The notes below the pieces were generated by a model. That model saw only the letters and a program-made list of their open reading frames with translations, did not search any database and was not told the DNA's origin. Shown piece by piece: positions 45,736 through 55,063 of a stretch of DNA of 56,684 nucleotides (positions are counted from its first letter, which is position 1; each line of letters opens with the position of its first letter). The stretch covers positions 1 to 56,684 of the IMG/VR virus record IMGVR_UViG_3300022876_000172; one strand, given 5' to 3'. The DNA is from a virus (taxonomy: Duplodnaviria > Caudoviricetes). A program made the translations under genes and the position numbers.

Positions 45736-46659
45736 ATGACCACAGCAATCGACCTGTTCGCCGGCCTGGGCGGATGGAGCACCGGCGCGCGCGCCGCAGG
45801 CGTCCAGGTTCTCTGGGCGGCAAACCACTGGCCGGTAGCCGTTGAATGGCATAGCGCCAACCACCCCGACACGCAGCACGTCTGCCAAGACTTGCACCAG
45901 GCCCGCTGGGAGCAGGTGCCGGCACACGACATCATGCTGGCTTCGCCTTGCTGCCAGGGCCACGCCAAGGCCCGCGGCAAGAAGTCAGGAAACCCAGAAC
46001 ACGACGCATCACGCTCGACGGCCTGGGCGCCGGTATCGGCTCTTGAGTTCCACCGGCCGCAGGCGGCAGTGATCGAGAACGTGCCAGAGTTCACCGACTG
46101 GGTTCTCTATCCCGCCTGGCTACAGGCCGTCCAGGCGCTGGGCTATCAGGCCGCGCCGCACATCGTCGACTGCGCCGACCTGGGCGTACCGCAACACAGA
46201 GTGCGCCTGTTCATCGTGCTGACGCGCAGCAAGGCCCCGCTGATGTTGCAACTGCCCCGCGAGCGGCACGTGCCGGCCGCCAGCTTCCTCGACTTCGATG
46301 CTGGCCGCTGGTCGCCCATCGAGAAGCCAGGCCGGGCCCAGGCCACGCTCGACCGGGTGCGCAACGGCCGCCAGCGCTTCGGCGACCGCTTCATCATGCC
46401 CTATTACGGCAAAGGCTCCGGCACCACCGGCCGCGACATCAACCGGCCGATTGGCACCATCACCACCCTGGACCGATGGGCCCTTGTTGACGGCAACCGC
46501 ATGCGGATGCTCAGCGCAAGCGAGGCCCTGGCGGCAATGTCCTTCCCGACTGACACCCTACGGCCGGACAACCACCGGCTGACCATGCACATGGCCGGAA
46601 ACGCGGTACCGCCCCTCGCGGGACAGCGCGTCATTGAGGCCCTGATGAAAGCAGCCTGA
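45736..46659 (+). CDS. C5 cytosine DNA methyltransferase
   Basis: DLFAGLGG (motif I), SPCCQG (IV), ENV (VI), Q.R.R (VIII), GNAV (X). Confidence 0.93.
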   Translation: MTTAIDLFAGLGGWSTGARAAGVQVLWAANHWPVAVEWHSANHPDTQHVCQDLHQARWEQVPAHDIMLASPCCQGHAKARGKKSGNPEHDASRSTAWAPVSALEFHRPQAAVIENVPEFTDWVLYPAWLQAVQALGYQAAPHIVDCADLGVPQHRVRLFIVLTRSKAPLMLQLPRERHVPAASFLDFDAGRWSPIEKPGRAQATLDRVRNGRQRFGDRFIMPYYGKGSGTTGRDINRPIGTITTLDRWALVDGNRMRMLSASEALAAMSFPTDTLRPDNHRLTMHMAGNAVPPLAGQRVIEALMKAA

Positions 46660-46715
46660 CCCTGCTGTGCTGCCCATAATTGAATTTGATTCAACTTTGA
46701 TGAGGGTTGGAACCT

Positions 46716-47459
46716 TCAATCAAACTCCATACCGACCTCGCAAAACTCAACATCCATCAAACTCAAGTCGCTCCAGAAAACGCCATCACCCGAATACTTG
46801 AAGTCATACTCCGTAGCTTTAAAATGGTACCCCCCCATTTTCATATCCATCCTTTCAATCGCTATTGCCGAAGGTGGCATCAGCCTAATACGAAGCGCAA
46901 CATCACCCAGGGCTCGGCGGAATGTTATTTTAGTGCCAGAAACTTCTACATCCCAATTTTCTTCATGGACACTGAAGACGTTGTCATCAATACGCAGGGT
47001 TATCTCACCTTTTTCGTTGGAAAACGTCCCTGACATACGAAATGGTGAACCGCTCTCAAGCGGCGGCCGGATTGCTAAAAGATCTGCACCTGCGACTCTA
47101 ATAAGAGTCTCGCACCCCGTGAAATTTATTCCACCAAGAATAACCTTAATAGGATCAGGCCCAAAATCAAAAGACTCTGACGCATACCCTTGCTGCTTAC
47201 ATCTAGGAGAGGCATTTGCCCGTGCCACTGTATCCACAGAAAGAGTTCCCCGGGCACGCTTCTGGTTGCACTGCATGCAAAGTAGCGTCATCCCATTAGG
47301 ATTATGCTCTTTAGCGTCTGCAAAAGCCGGATCGAAATGCTCATAATCATAATAAGCCAAACCGCAAATTACACATCCGAATCCACAGCGAGAGCGAATT
47401 TCTCGACGAACTTCCTGTGGGACGTAGCGATCTAGACCAAATCGATTTTTTTCACCCAT
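46716..47459 (-). CDS. HNH-like nuclease with beta-rich C-terminal domain (accessory)
   Basis: CGFGCVICG..YEHF...H....LLCMQCN; AT-rich. Confidence 0.8.
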   Translation of the reverse strand: MGEKNRFGLDRYVPQEVRREIRSRCGFGCVICGLAYYDYEHFDPAFADAKEHNPNGMTLLCMQCNQKRARGTLSVDTVARANASPRCKQQGYASESFDFGPDPIKVILGGINFTGCETLIRVAGADLLAIRPPLESGSPFRMSGTFSNEKGEITLRIDDNVFSVHEENWDVEVSGTKITFRRALGDVALRIRLMPPSAIAIERMDMKMGGYHFKATEYDFKYSGDGVFWSDLSLMDVEFCEVGMEFD

Positions 47460-47570
47460 TTTCACACCTAACCCAATCCATGCGGAGTCGAAATGTACCC
47501 CGCGAGGTATCCCCATGCCCACAGAAAACCGATCCAGCAACACCGAGATAGACGACAACCGGAGATCGCC

Positions 47571-48440
47571 ATGAACCCCTACCAGATCACTGGGCCGGCG
47601 CAGATCGGCGTCAGTGGTGGCCGCACCAGCGGGCACATGCTCTGGAAAATTCTGGAGACCCACGGCGGCAAGCTACCGGCAGACGTGCACGCATTCTTCC
47701 AGAACACCGGCAAGGAGCGCGAGGAAACGCTGGTCTTTATCGACGCCATGGCCAAGCACTGGGGCGTCAACATCGTCTGGATGGAGTGGTGTCGGGTGTA
47801 CGGGCAGCCGGACGACGCGCCCTGGTACAAGATCGTCGACTTCGAGACGGCCAGCCGCAACGGAGAGCCCTTCACCATGATGCTCGAGTACTACCAGGCA
47901 TATCGGAAAGCGGAGAAGAACCTGCCCGCGGTGCTGCCGAACTTCAGCAACAACATGTGCACCGCCTACCTGAAGGTCAGGATCGGCGAGAAGCGCATGC
48001 GCGCCTTGGGCTACGACGAGTGGGATTGCATCGTCGGCATTCGCTACGACGAGCCGCGACGCTACAGCCGCATGATGACTGCCAATGAGCGCGGCAACGC
48101 GCGCTGGGATAGCGTCTGCCCTTCCTACGTTGCCGGCATCATCAAGGAGGATGTGGCGGCTTTCTGGGCCGAACAGCCTTTCGACCTGGGCATGGATTCG
48201 GATTTCGGCAACTGCGACCTGTGTTGGAAGAAGAACGAGGCCAAGCTGATCAGGATCATTCAGGAAGACCCGTCCAAGGTGATCTGGTGGTCTGGCACGG
48301 AGGAACGGTTCAGACAGGTGTTCCGTCAGGACCGCCCTAACTACAAGTCCCTTGCCTGGTCAGCTGATCAGCGCGCCCGGCAAGGCGACTTCGAGTTTGA
48401 CTACCTGGACACAGACATCGACTGCTTCTGTGGTGACTGA
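47571..48440 (+). CDS. PAPS-reductase-like (PP-loop adenine nucleotide alpha-hydrolase) protein
   Basis: VSGGRTSG, NTGKE, CTAYLK, GIRYDE, GNCDLC, C-terminal CFC. Confidence 0.85.
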   Translation: MNPYQITGPAQIGVSGGRTSGHMLWKILETHGGKLPADVHAFFQNTGKEREETLVFIDAMAKHWGVNIVWMEWCRVYGQPDDAPWYKIVDFETASRNGEPFTMMLEYYQAYRKAEKNLPAVLPNFSNNMCTAYLKVRIGEKRMRALGYDEWDCIVGIRYDEPRRYSRMMTANERGNARWDSVCPSYVAGIIKEDVAAFWAEQPFDLGMDSDFGNCDLCWKKNEAKLIRIIQEDPSKVIWWSGTEERFRQVFRQDRPNYKSLAWSADQRARQGDFEFDYLDTDIDCFCGD

Positions 48441-48451
48441 GGGGCCAAGGG

Positions 48452-48730
48452 TCAGTCGCCCACGCCCAGAGTTATCGCCTGGAAAAATGCTGCTAAGGAC
48501 GCAGCCGCAGCCGCAACCGAATTCCACTTCCCGCGGACCTCGGCAGTTCTTCTGAGATCAACCCTGTATTTACCGGTATTGTCGATTTTAGTCTGAGTAT
48601 CGAGCCTGTCTGCGTAATACTCAGGCGAGTAACGGACCTTCACTGTAGCGGACCTCATCCAGCAGAAGCAGGAAACGAGCGCGAAAAGACAAGAGATACC
48701 CGGTGCAGCCACTTTCAAAACTTGCAGCAT
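48452..48730 (-). CDS. Small two-TM accessory protein
   Basis: ALVSCFCWMRSA...KWNSVAAAAASLAAFFQA; start uncertain. Confidence 0.6.
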   Translation of the reverse strand: MLQVLKVAAPGISCLFALVSCFCWMRSATVKVRYSPEYYADRLDTQTKIDNTGKYRVDLRRTAEVRGKWNSVAAAAASLAAFFQAITLGVGD

Positions 48731-48801
48731 TCGCTGCCTCCCATCAAGCCTAGGTAACCGCACGACGAGTCGTCGCACTGCGAACCTGTGAAGAATACCT
48801 C

Positions 48802-49055
48802 ATGACCACAGCAATCGACCTGTTCGCCGGCCTCGGCGGATGAAGCACCGGCGCATGCGCCGCAGGCGTCCAAGTTCTCTGGGCGGAAAACGACTGGCCT
48901 GTGACTCTTGAATGGCAGAGCTCCAACCACCCCGACACGCAGCACGTTTGCCAGAACCTGCATCAGGCACGTTGGGACCAAGTGCCGGCACAAAACACCC
49001 TTATCGCCTCACCCTGCTGCACGCGATAGGCTTGGCAGCAAATCAGGCATTCCGG
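48802..49055 (+). pseudogene. Degenerate 5' copy of the methyltransferase gene
   Basis: Colinear with 45736-45990; TGG changed to TGA at 48841; similarity decays after SPCC. Confidence 0.9.
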
Positions 49056-49261
49056 GGATTCGCTGGCCGAGAACTTAGGCCTAACCGAAAACATGGGATC
49101 CTCGGATCCAGCAGCCGGCGGCGGAAGTGCTTAAAAGTGTCCCAAATTTTTACCGGTCCGAGTATTCAACACCAAGTAACAGCAAATCAGCATCAAGTCA
49201 TCTACCGACACAAAGAAAGTTGCCCCATGAAAAACATGCAACGCCTCGAGCACGTCATTTT

Positions 49262-50362
49262 CTACTTAGATTTAACTTTACTAATGAGATTAGCCAGATG
49301 ATCTACTCCATCAAAAGTTGAGGGTATCGCACGCTCATCATTGACTATCCCGCTGAAAATTAGCTGATCAAATTTATCAAGTGTGCCAGGGCTGGTCTTT
49401 TGCATATCCTTCGCATAGTTGGCATACTCTTGCACAAATTGGCACAACGCCATGCGCAGATCTATTTGAATAAGCTGAGCCTGGACGGTTCGATACCCAT
49501 GAAGACCAACACGAAAGAAATATGTCAAGATCAATTCAAAACCAACAAAAGATACGTAAGCTGCGGTATCAAGCCCCCAACCAAGGCCAGGGTAAATGAC
49601 TGCATAAAACTTTAAGCCAAAAGGCATCACCATAAAAGCCCCCAGAATAGCTAGCCAAATTCTCCCATTACGAGCCTCGATACGCTTCTGCTCTCGCAAA
49701 CCTCTGAACGCATCATATAGGCCGACAAAATTAAATGCTGTCGTATACTTCTCAAGAGTTGCAGCAAGCTCTGAAACCTTATTCTGACTTTTTTCAAGCT
49801 TCTCCTGGCCAGCCTCTCTTTCTTCTTTAGCGCGTTCTAGAAGAGCTTCCAGACTTCGCACATCCCCAATTCTAGGATGCGATATAAAACTCTTTGCAAC
49901 TCCGATCAACATGCGATGCTGAGCGTACCTTATTTGGCTTTCGATATTTTTTGGGTAATTAAAATCATCGACCCTACTTAGGTAGCTAGCTATCTCGTCA
50001 TTCAAATGCCCCGTAAACCGCAGCTGAAACTCGACGAAAAATCTATAAGCGATAGCAAACACCGAGCCGAGCTCACTCATATCTCCAGCTGCGATTTTTT
50101 TGGCACTACGAATAAGCTGATCACCAAGAACCTGAATATTATAAGTGCAGTGCTCATCAAAATCTTCTGGCCTGGTATAAAGATACCTTAAAAACTTTGC
50201 CGCAAATGAACCAATAAACAATTCCAGATCATCTGTATCACCTTCAATATCTTTATCGCTCAACCTTAAGTATGCGTTCTCTAGCAAACGATTAATTGAT
50301 GCATCTGCAAAAAAAACATTAACGGAATGCTTCTCCATTTCATTTTCCGCAACAGTCACCAC
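49262..50362 (-). CDS. AT-rich accessory protein with coiled coil and two TM helices
   Basis: 366-aa ORF; AFNFVGLYDAF, LTYFFRV, QIDLRMALCQF, PSTFDG. Confidence 0.85.
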   Translation of the reverse strand: MVTVAENEMEKHSVNVFFADASINRLLENAYLRLSDKDIEGDTDDLELFIGSFAAKFLRYLYTRPEDFDEHCTYNIQVLGDQLIRSAKKIAAGDMSELGSVFAIAYRFFVEFQLRFTGHLNDEIASYLSRVDDFNYPKNIESQIRYAQHRMLIGVAKSFISHPRIGDVRSLEALLERAKEEREAGQEKLEKSQNKVSELAATLEKYTTAFNFVGLYDAFRGLREQKRIEARNGRIWLAILGAFMVMPFGLKFYAVIYPGLGWGLDTAAYVSFVGFELILTYFFRVGLHGYRTVQAQLIQIDLRMALCQFVQEYANYAKDMQKTSPGTLDKFDQLIFSGIVNDERAIPSTFDGVDHLANLISKVKSK

Positions 50363-50614
50363 ACACCTCGACTTGAACTAACCACTAAAAACGCCCCCAC
50401 AATCAACTACAGATCTAGCCAATACACGAGCATGCAAATCTATCCTAATGCACACTGCACCTTGGCAACCAAAAAATGCTCCATCACATCTGCCATACAA
50501 CATCTATCGCTGTCAGTTTTCGACGCGTAATTCTTGAAACTCAACGAGTAATCGAGTGCACGCTGCAACACTCCGTCTAATCCAAGTAAGGGAATATACA
50601 TTCGAGGTCCCCCT

Positions 50615-51292
50615 ATGCCCACAAAAAACCGATCCAGGAACACCGAGATGGTCAGCGTGCCGCGCGAGCCCACGCGCAAAATGCTGGCTGCAGCACGGGA
50701 GGTGAACGGGATCTTCCCGACATGGTGTGCGATGGTCGCCGCTGCACCAGCCTCGCAGCCTCACCCTGAGCCTATAGCCTGGATGGTTGGTACTGCCATC
50801 TGGTGGACCAAAGAAGAGGCGGAGCGGGATTCGGCGGCGACTGGGTTGCCTATGATTGGCCTGAGGCCGATGTCCGGCATCGAGCCTGACGAGCAGCACC
50901 AGGGCGAGCCGGTGGCGTGGATGGCCAAGACCCTGAGGGGCAGTCTTGCCGGCACTCTCGGCCTTGCGCGAAGAGATGCGAGGCTGAACCCTGATCTGTA
51001 TGAGGGGCCTTTCCCAGTATTCCGGCACGCCGATCCTGGCGAGGTTGAGCGTATCGAAAACGAGCGTGCCGAGCAGTGGCGCTTGAGGCGTGACGCAGAG
51101 GCTGATCGCGACACGAAGGCCGCAGTTATAGCTGAGCTGCGCGCCCAGCTGGCCAAGCATTAGGAGTTGCTGCGTGAAATAGCCGACCATTGCAATGGGT
51201 GCGTCATGCCTACTGAACAGTTGCTACACGACTGGGGATCTAGCATAGACGCCACGCTATTCGCCAGCGCAGAGCCGCAGGTGAAGTCGTGA
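50615..51292 (+). pseudogene. Modular phage protein interrupted by an in-frame TAG at 51161
   Basis: EPIAWM/EPVAWM modules; the frame stays open for 42 codons after TAG and ends in a GTGA overlap with the next gene. Confidence 0.65.
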
Positions 51293-51513
51293 AGACGCAC
51301 TTCGCACCATTCACCGACCTGGATGACATTGAGCAAGCCCCCTGCGGCACCTGGCTAGGGGAGTCCTCCGAGCTGTCAGGCGACTGGGCCATGGTCGACT
51401 GCCGACTCTGCAAGAAGCGCCGAGAAAGGATCATCGCTGCCGCAGCTGATGAAGAGCGCTTCATCGTCGAGCAAATGGGCGACATGGCAGCATTCATGCG
51501 CGCACAAGGCTAG
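51289..51513 (+). CDS. Small Cys-motif hypothetical protein
   Basis: APCG...VDCRLC; operonic overlap. Confidence 0.75.
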   Translation: MKTHFAPFTDLDDIEQAPCGTWLGESSELSGDWAMVDCRLCKKRRERIIAAAADEERFIVEQMGDMAAFMRAQG

Positions 51514-51563
51514 ACCGCCCCGGAGCACATTTGTACTCCACCCAGCTGTAACCCCTCTCCCCT

Positions 51564-51866
51564 CTATTTCGAGCAGGCCGCAATCTTGTCCGTTGCAGAC
51601 AGGCCTTCGGTGGCAATCCGGCGGGCACGCCCTACACCCCAGGCCAATGCCCTGGTCATCGATTCGCCTGGCCTGGAGTCGAAAGCTTCCTCGTGAAGCG
51701 CAACGCCAGAGGCCGCATAGACGCCGATGAACATCTGCGTGTTGCCCGTGCGAGACAGCCGGACCTGCACATCGATAAACGCACCGTCATCGAGAGTTTC
51801 GTCATGGTCCCGGTGGTGCAGGGTTGGGTCCGACCACTGCCAATAAACGTCGCCGCGCATGCGCAT
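51564..51866 (-). CDS. Conserved hypothetical protein, paralog of 1-300
   Basis: AGGAGG RBS; high similarity to ORF 1-300. Confidence 0.85.
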   Translation of the reverse strand: MRMRGDVYWQWSDPTLHHRDHDETLDDGAFIDVQVRLSRTGNTQMFIGVYAASGVALHEEAFDSRPGESMTRALAWGVGRARRIATEGLSATDKIAACSK

Positions 51867-52046
51867 GCCGCCTCCTAGGACTGATGTCTTTTTGTTTAGG
51901 GCCAAAGACCACCATAGCGAAGCGGTACCAGTGCACAACCGGTAAAGGCCGAACTGTGAGCTGAATCGGACCACCGGGCTAAAAACCTCTACTCATTCAT
52001 TTTTTTGTACAACTTACTGCCGCGATATGGCGGCCAAGGCGAAGCT

Positions 52047-52697
52047 ATGTCTCAAGCAAAGGAACGTCCGATCCTGTTCAGCGGGCATATGGTCCGCGCC
52101 ATCCTAAACGGCCAGAAGACTGTCACCCGGCGCGAGATCAAGCCCAGCATGCGGAGCGCTGATAGCAGCTTCGAGCTTCACCTGCAGGAAGACGAGTCTT
52201 GGCGCCCCATGCACACTTTTGACGAGAGCTGCATGGATGCCAACGGCACCGAGCATCCAATTGTCTGCCCGTACGGCCAGCCAGGTGACCGCCTGTGGGT
52301 GCGCGAGGCCTGGCTGGCAGATGCTCAACTCGACACGATCGCACCGCGCGATCTGAGCCAGGGCGAGCCAATTTTGTATCCGGCAGATGGCAGCGTCCGG
52401 CAGACGGGATGCGCAATGGTTTCGCAGGGCCGAGGGCGCCCATCGATCCACATGCCGCGCTGGGCTAGCCGCATCCTGCTGGAAATCACCGCGGTGCGCG
52501 TCGAGCTGCTGCAGGACATCACCGAGGAGCAAGCCGAAGCAGAAGGTGTGAATTTCCTTCGGCACGTACCAGACGCAGACGAGACGCTCACCGCTTCGCA
52601 GTTATTCGAGTGTATCTGGAGCAGCATCAACGGCGACGAATCATGGAATGGCAACCCCTGGGTCTGGGTCGTCGAATTCAAGAGGATCGAGCCATGA
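52047..52697 (+). CDS. Phage protein, ASCH/PUA-like family
   Basis: ERPILF...MVRAIL.G.KT.TRR, GDRLWVRE, PSIHMPRWASR, NPWVWVVEF. Confidence 0.8.
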   Translation: MSQAKERPILFSGHMVRAILNGQKTVTRREIKPSMRSADSSFELHLQEDESWRPMHTFDESCMDANGTEHPIVCPYGQPGDRLWVREAWLADAQLDTIAPRDLSQGEPILYPADGSVRQTGCAMVSQGRGRPSIHMPRWASRILLEITAVRVELLQDITEEQAEAEGVNFLRHVPDADETLTASQLFECIWSSINGDESWNGNPWVWVVEFKRIEP

Positions 52698-52945
52698 CCC
52701 GCCTCGCCCTCTGCCTCCTGCTGCTGGCCACCGGCGCCAGCGCAACCGAGAACGTCATCGACGTGCAGCACGACAGCCAGCGCGGCGTCACCTGCTACTT
52801 GTTGAATGGGGTCGGCATCAGCTGCATCCCCGACAGCCAGCTGCAGGCCGGCAACCAGCGCCAGCTCTCCCCGCACGAAACCCAACCCGAACCTACACCC
52901 GCTCTGGCGCCTGGGCGCTGGATTGATGAGAGGTATCAGCTGTGA
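52694..52945 (+). CDS. Small secreted hypothetical protein
   Basis: Signal peptide MTRLALCLLLLATGASA; GVTCY...GISCIP. Confidence 0.75.
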   Translation: MTRLALCLLLLATGASATENVIDVQHDSQRGVTCYLLNGVGISCIPDSQLQAGNQRQLSPHETQPEPTPALAPGRWIDERYQL

Positions 52946-53250
52946 GCAAGTATCGTAAAGGTCAGCTTTACACCCGTCGCATGCGCCCGTCCGACGACAG
53001 CGACAGTTGGCGCCTGGCAATGCGCCTAGCGTTCTACACAACGATGCTGCGCAGTGGCGATTACAAGAGTGCATACGTGCTCTGCCGCCACGGTGTGAAA
53101 GGGATAATGGAAGTTGGTCGGAGCCGTAAAGACCTGAACTCAACCCTGTTCATGTCCGGTTGCCGCACCTTCAAGGATATCCAGCGCAAGAGCAAGTTCG
53201 GCAACATCGAGCGCGCCAAAGCGGCCAAGGCCAAGCAGGTGGCGCCATGA
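52942..53250 (+). CDS. Basic hypothetical phage protein
   Basis: 4-bp overlaps on both sides. Confidence 0.7.
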   Translation: MSKYRKGQLYTRRMRPSDDSDSWRLAMRLAFYTTMLRSGDYKSAYVLCRHGVKGIMEVGRSRKDLNSTLFMSGCRTFKDIQRKSKFGNIERAKAAKAKQVAP

Positions 53251-53657
53251 CCGACCTGATCGAAGTGAGGGTATCGAACCTAATCGGTGCGCCGCTGGAC
53301 TGGGCAGTGGCCATGGCCGAAGGCTACAAGCAGGACACCGAAAACCACCTGACGATTATCAGTCCCCGGGGCGTCTTCACCAGCGTGAGCATTCGCGGCG
53401 CCTCCGAAGGCTTCGGGTTTCGACCATCCACTAACTGGGACCAGGGCGGCCCGCTGATCGACAAGCACAACGGCGGGCTGCACTACGAGGCCCACCTCGC
53501 CGACGCGAACTTCCGCTACAGCTCTGGGCCAGGCAGGACCGGGTTCTGGTGCTACGGCCCAACTGCGCTAATTGCCTTCTGTCGAAGCCTGGTCAAAGCC
53601 AAGCTCGGCGATACCGTCCAGGTGCCGAAGGAACTGGTCGCGTCCGCAACCCATTAA
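53247..53657 (+). CDS. DUF2591/NinX-like protein
   Basis: LDWAVA.AEG, PSTNW.QGGPLI, GPT.LIA.CR. Confidence 0.8.
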   Translation: MTDLIEVRVSNLIGAPLDWAVAMAEGYKQDTENHLTIISPRGVFTSVSIRGASEGFGFRPSTNWDQGGPLIDKHNGGLHYEAHLADANFRYSSGPGRTGFWCYGPTALIAFCRSLVKAKLGDTVQVPKELVASATH

Positions 53658-53677
53658 TGCGGACGCCCAAGCTCGAA

Positions 53678-53860
53678 CTACCTTACTTTCTTCAGAGGAT
53701 TCTGAAGAAGAGCGGCATCAAGCATTGCTTGAACTTCGTCCCTCTCGTTCTTCCTGTGCTGGACCTGCTCCCTATCCAAAGCCGGCCCCTTTTTTTTGCT
53801 ACTAGGATCGGAATCGTCGTATTCCGGAAAATCCTCGAAAAAGTCCACCCAATCATTCAC
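53678..53860 (-). CDS. Small acidic accessory protein
   Basis: MNDWVDFFEDFPEYDD; fills the gap between core genes. Confidence 0.55.
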   Translation of the reverse strand: MNDWVDFFEDFPEYDDSDPSSKKKGPALDREQVQHRKNERDEVQAMLDAALLQNPLKKVR

Positions 53861-53939
53861 TTCAAGATCCCTCTAGTTATGGTGAGGGGTGGATTAAAAG
53901 CGCTATTGCAGCCAAAAGCAAAGCCGCATCCCCTAAAAC

Positions 53940-54125
53940 TCAAGCCCGCCGACGCACCGCCAAGAAGTGCGTCGCAGCCAGCAACACCCCCGGTATAGCC
54001 AAGCCAAGGCCGCTGTATATGAATGCAGGCTGTTTTGACAGCAGACCGCCCATTACAAACCCGATACCAGTGGGTATCAGTGTGACCGCTACGTAGCCGA
54101 ACGGCTTCCTGGTTTCCTTGCCCAT
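53940..54125 (-). CDS. Small two-TM accessory protein
   Basis: AAGGAGAGG RBS; hydrophobic 61 aa. Confidence 0.7.
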   Translation of the reverse strand: MGKETRKPFGYVAVTLIPTGIGFVMGGLLSKQPAFIYSGLGLAIPGVLLAATHFLAVRRRA

Positions 54126-54193
54126 ATCACCTCTCCTTTAGAGCTCCAATTTAATCACATGAGCCCGCCGACATGCGCGGGCGAGGATGACCT

Positions 54194-54691
54194 ATGTCCG
54201 CAACAGAACGCTTCCACCACACCGCGAACGACTGCCTGGAGCGCTTGGCCGCCGACCTCTGGCCTGATGCCAAGTTGGCACTGGTGATCTACACCCCCGG
54301 CAAGCCACAGCTCGACATTGTGCTCAAGGACAGCGGCCTCAACGTCGACGAGGTCGTGAGCACTCTGCGTCGTCGCGGTGGCCTCGGCCTCGATGGCGAG
54401 AACATCTACAAGCGCCTGCTCTGTGACGCAATCCTCGGAGCCATGGCTTTCGGCAAGCAGAACAGCAACCCTCCGCCTGCTGGGCATTGGGGTCAGGAGT
54501 TCTGGGACATCGGCCGAGCCGAGGGCGCCCTGCAGGAAGAGCTGGTGCACGCGCTGCGCCTAGTTCGCAAAGAGCTGGATTCTTGCCAGCGAGTGATTCA
54601 CTACGCCGGCGGCTTCGACCCGGCCTACGTCAGCGGCGCCCAGGCAGCCATCAGCATCGCTGATGGGGCGCTAGCGAATATCCCCGCCTGA
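54194..54691 (+). CDS. Hypothetical phage protein
   Basis: GAGGA RBS; phage-like codon usage. Confidence 0.78.
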   Translation: MSATERFHHTANDCLERLAADLWPDAKLALVIYTPGKPQLDIVLKDSGLNVDEVVSTLRRRGGLGLDGENIYKRLLCDAILGAMAFGKQNSNPPPAGHWGQEFWDIGRAEGALQEELVHALRLVRKELDSCQRVIHYAGGFDPAYVSGAQAAISIADGALANIPA

Positions 54692-54730
54692 CCACCAACC
54701 TGCCGCCACCGGCGGCGTGGAGACCATCCC

Positions 54731-55063
54731 ATGGATATCGAGAGCACCAGTGACGTAGACAAGGTCACCGAGCAGCGAATGGCCGAACTCATCGGCTGCA
54801 CTAAACGCTCCCTAGAACACCGACGCCTGGATGGGAAGATTCCCGCGGGCGTCTGGATGAAGCACGGCGGCCGGATCATTTACAGCAAAAAGAGGTATGA
54901 CGAATGGCTGGAAAGCCAATGGGTTTACCCCGTGGGGTCGAAATCTTCCGCAACTCCCTCCGCATTCGTTTCACATGGGACGGTATCCGTCGATGCGAAA
55001 CGCTCCCCTATCCCCCGACACAAAAAGGGATCAAGGCTGCATCCAGCCTTCGCGATCAGGTAA
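54731..55063 (+). CDS. Probable excisionase / recombination directionality factor
   Basis: Small winged-helix-like protein (MAELIGCT..SL...R..GKIP.GVW...GRIIYS) overlapping the integrase start. Confidence 0.7.
   Translation: MDIESTSDVDKVTEQRMAELIGCTKRSLEHRRLDGKIPAGVWMKHGGRIIYSKKRYDEWLESQWVYPVGSKSSATPSAFVSHGTVSVDAKRSPIPRHKKGSRLHPAFAIR

Noticed and set aside
45672-46094. Long N-terminal part of ORF 45225-46094
   Set aside because: Antisense to the methyltransferase; only the AT-rich TM-coding part is credible
45736-47459. Classical type II restriction-modification pair
   Set aside because: The MTase has phage-core composition and a second remnant copy, whereas the HNH gene is a compositionally foreign insert; cognate pairing is unsupported and kept only as a hypothesis
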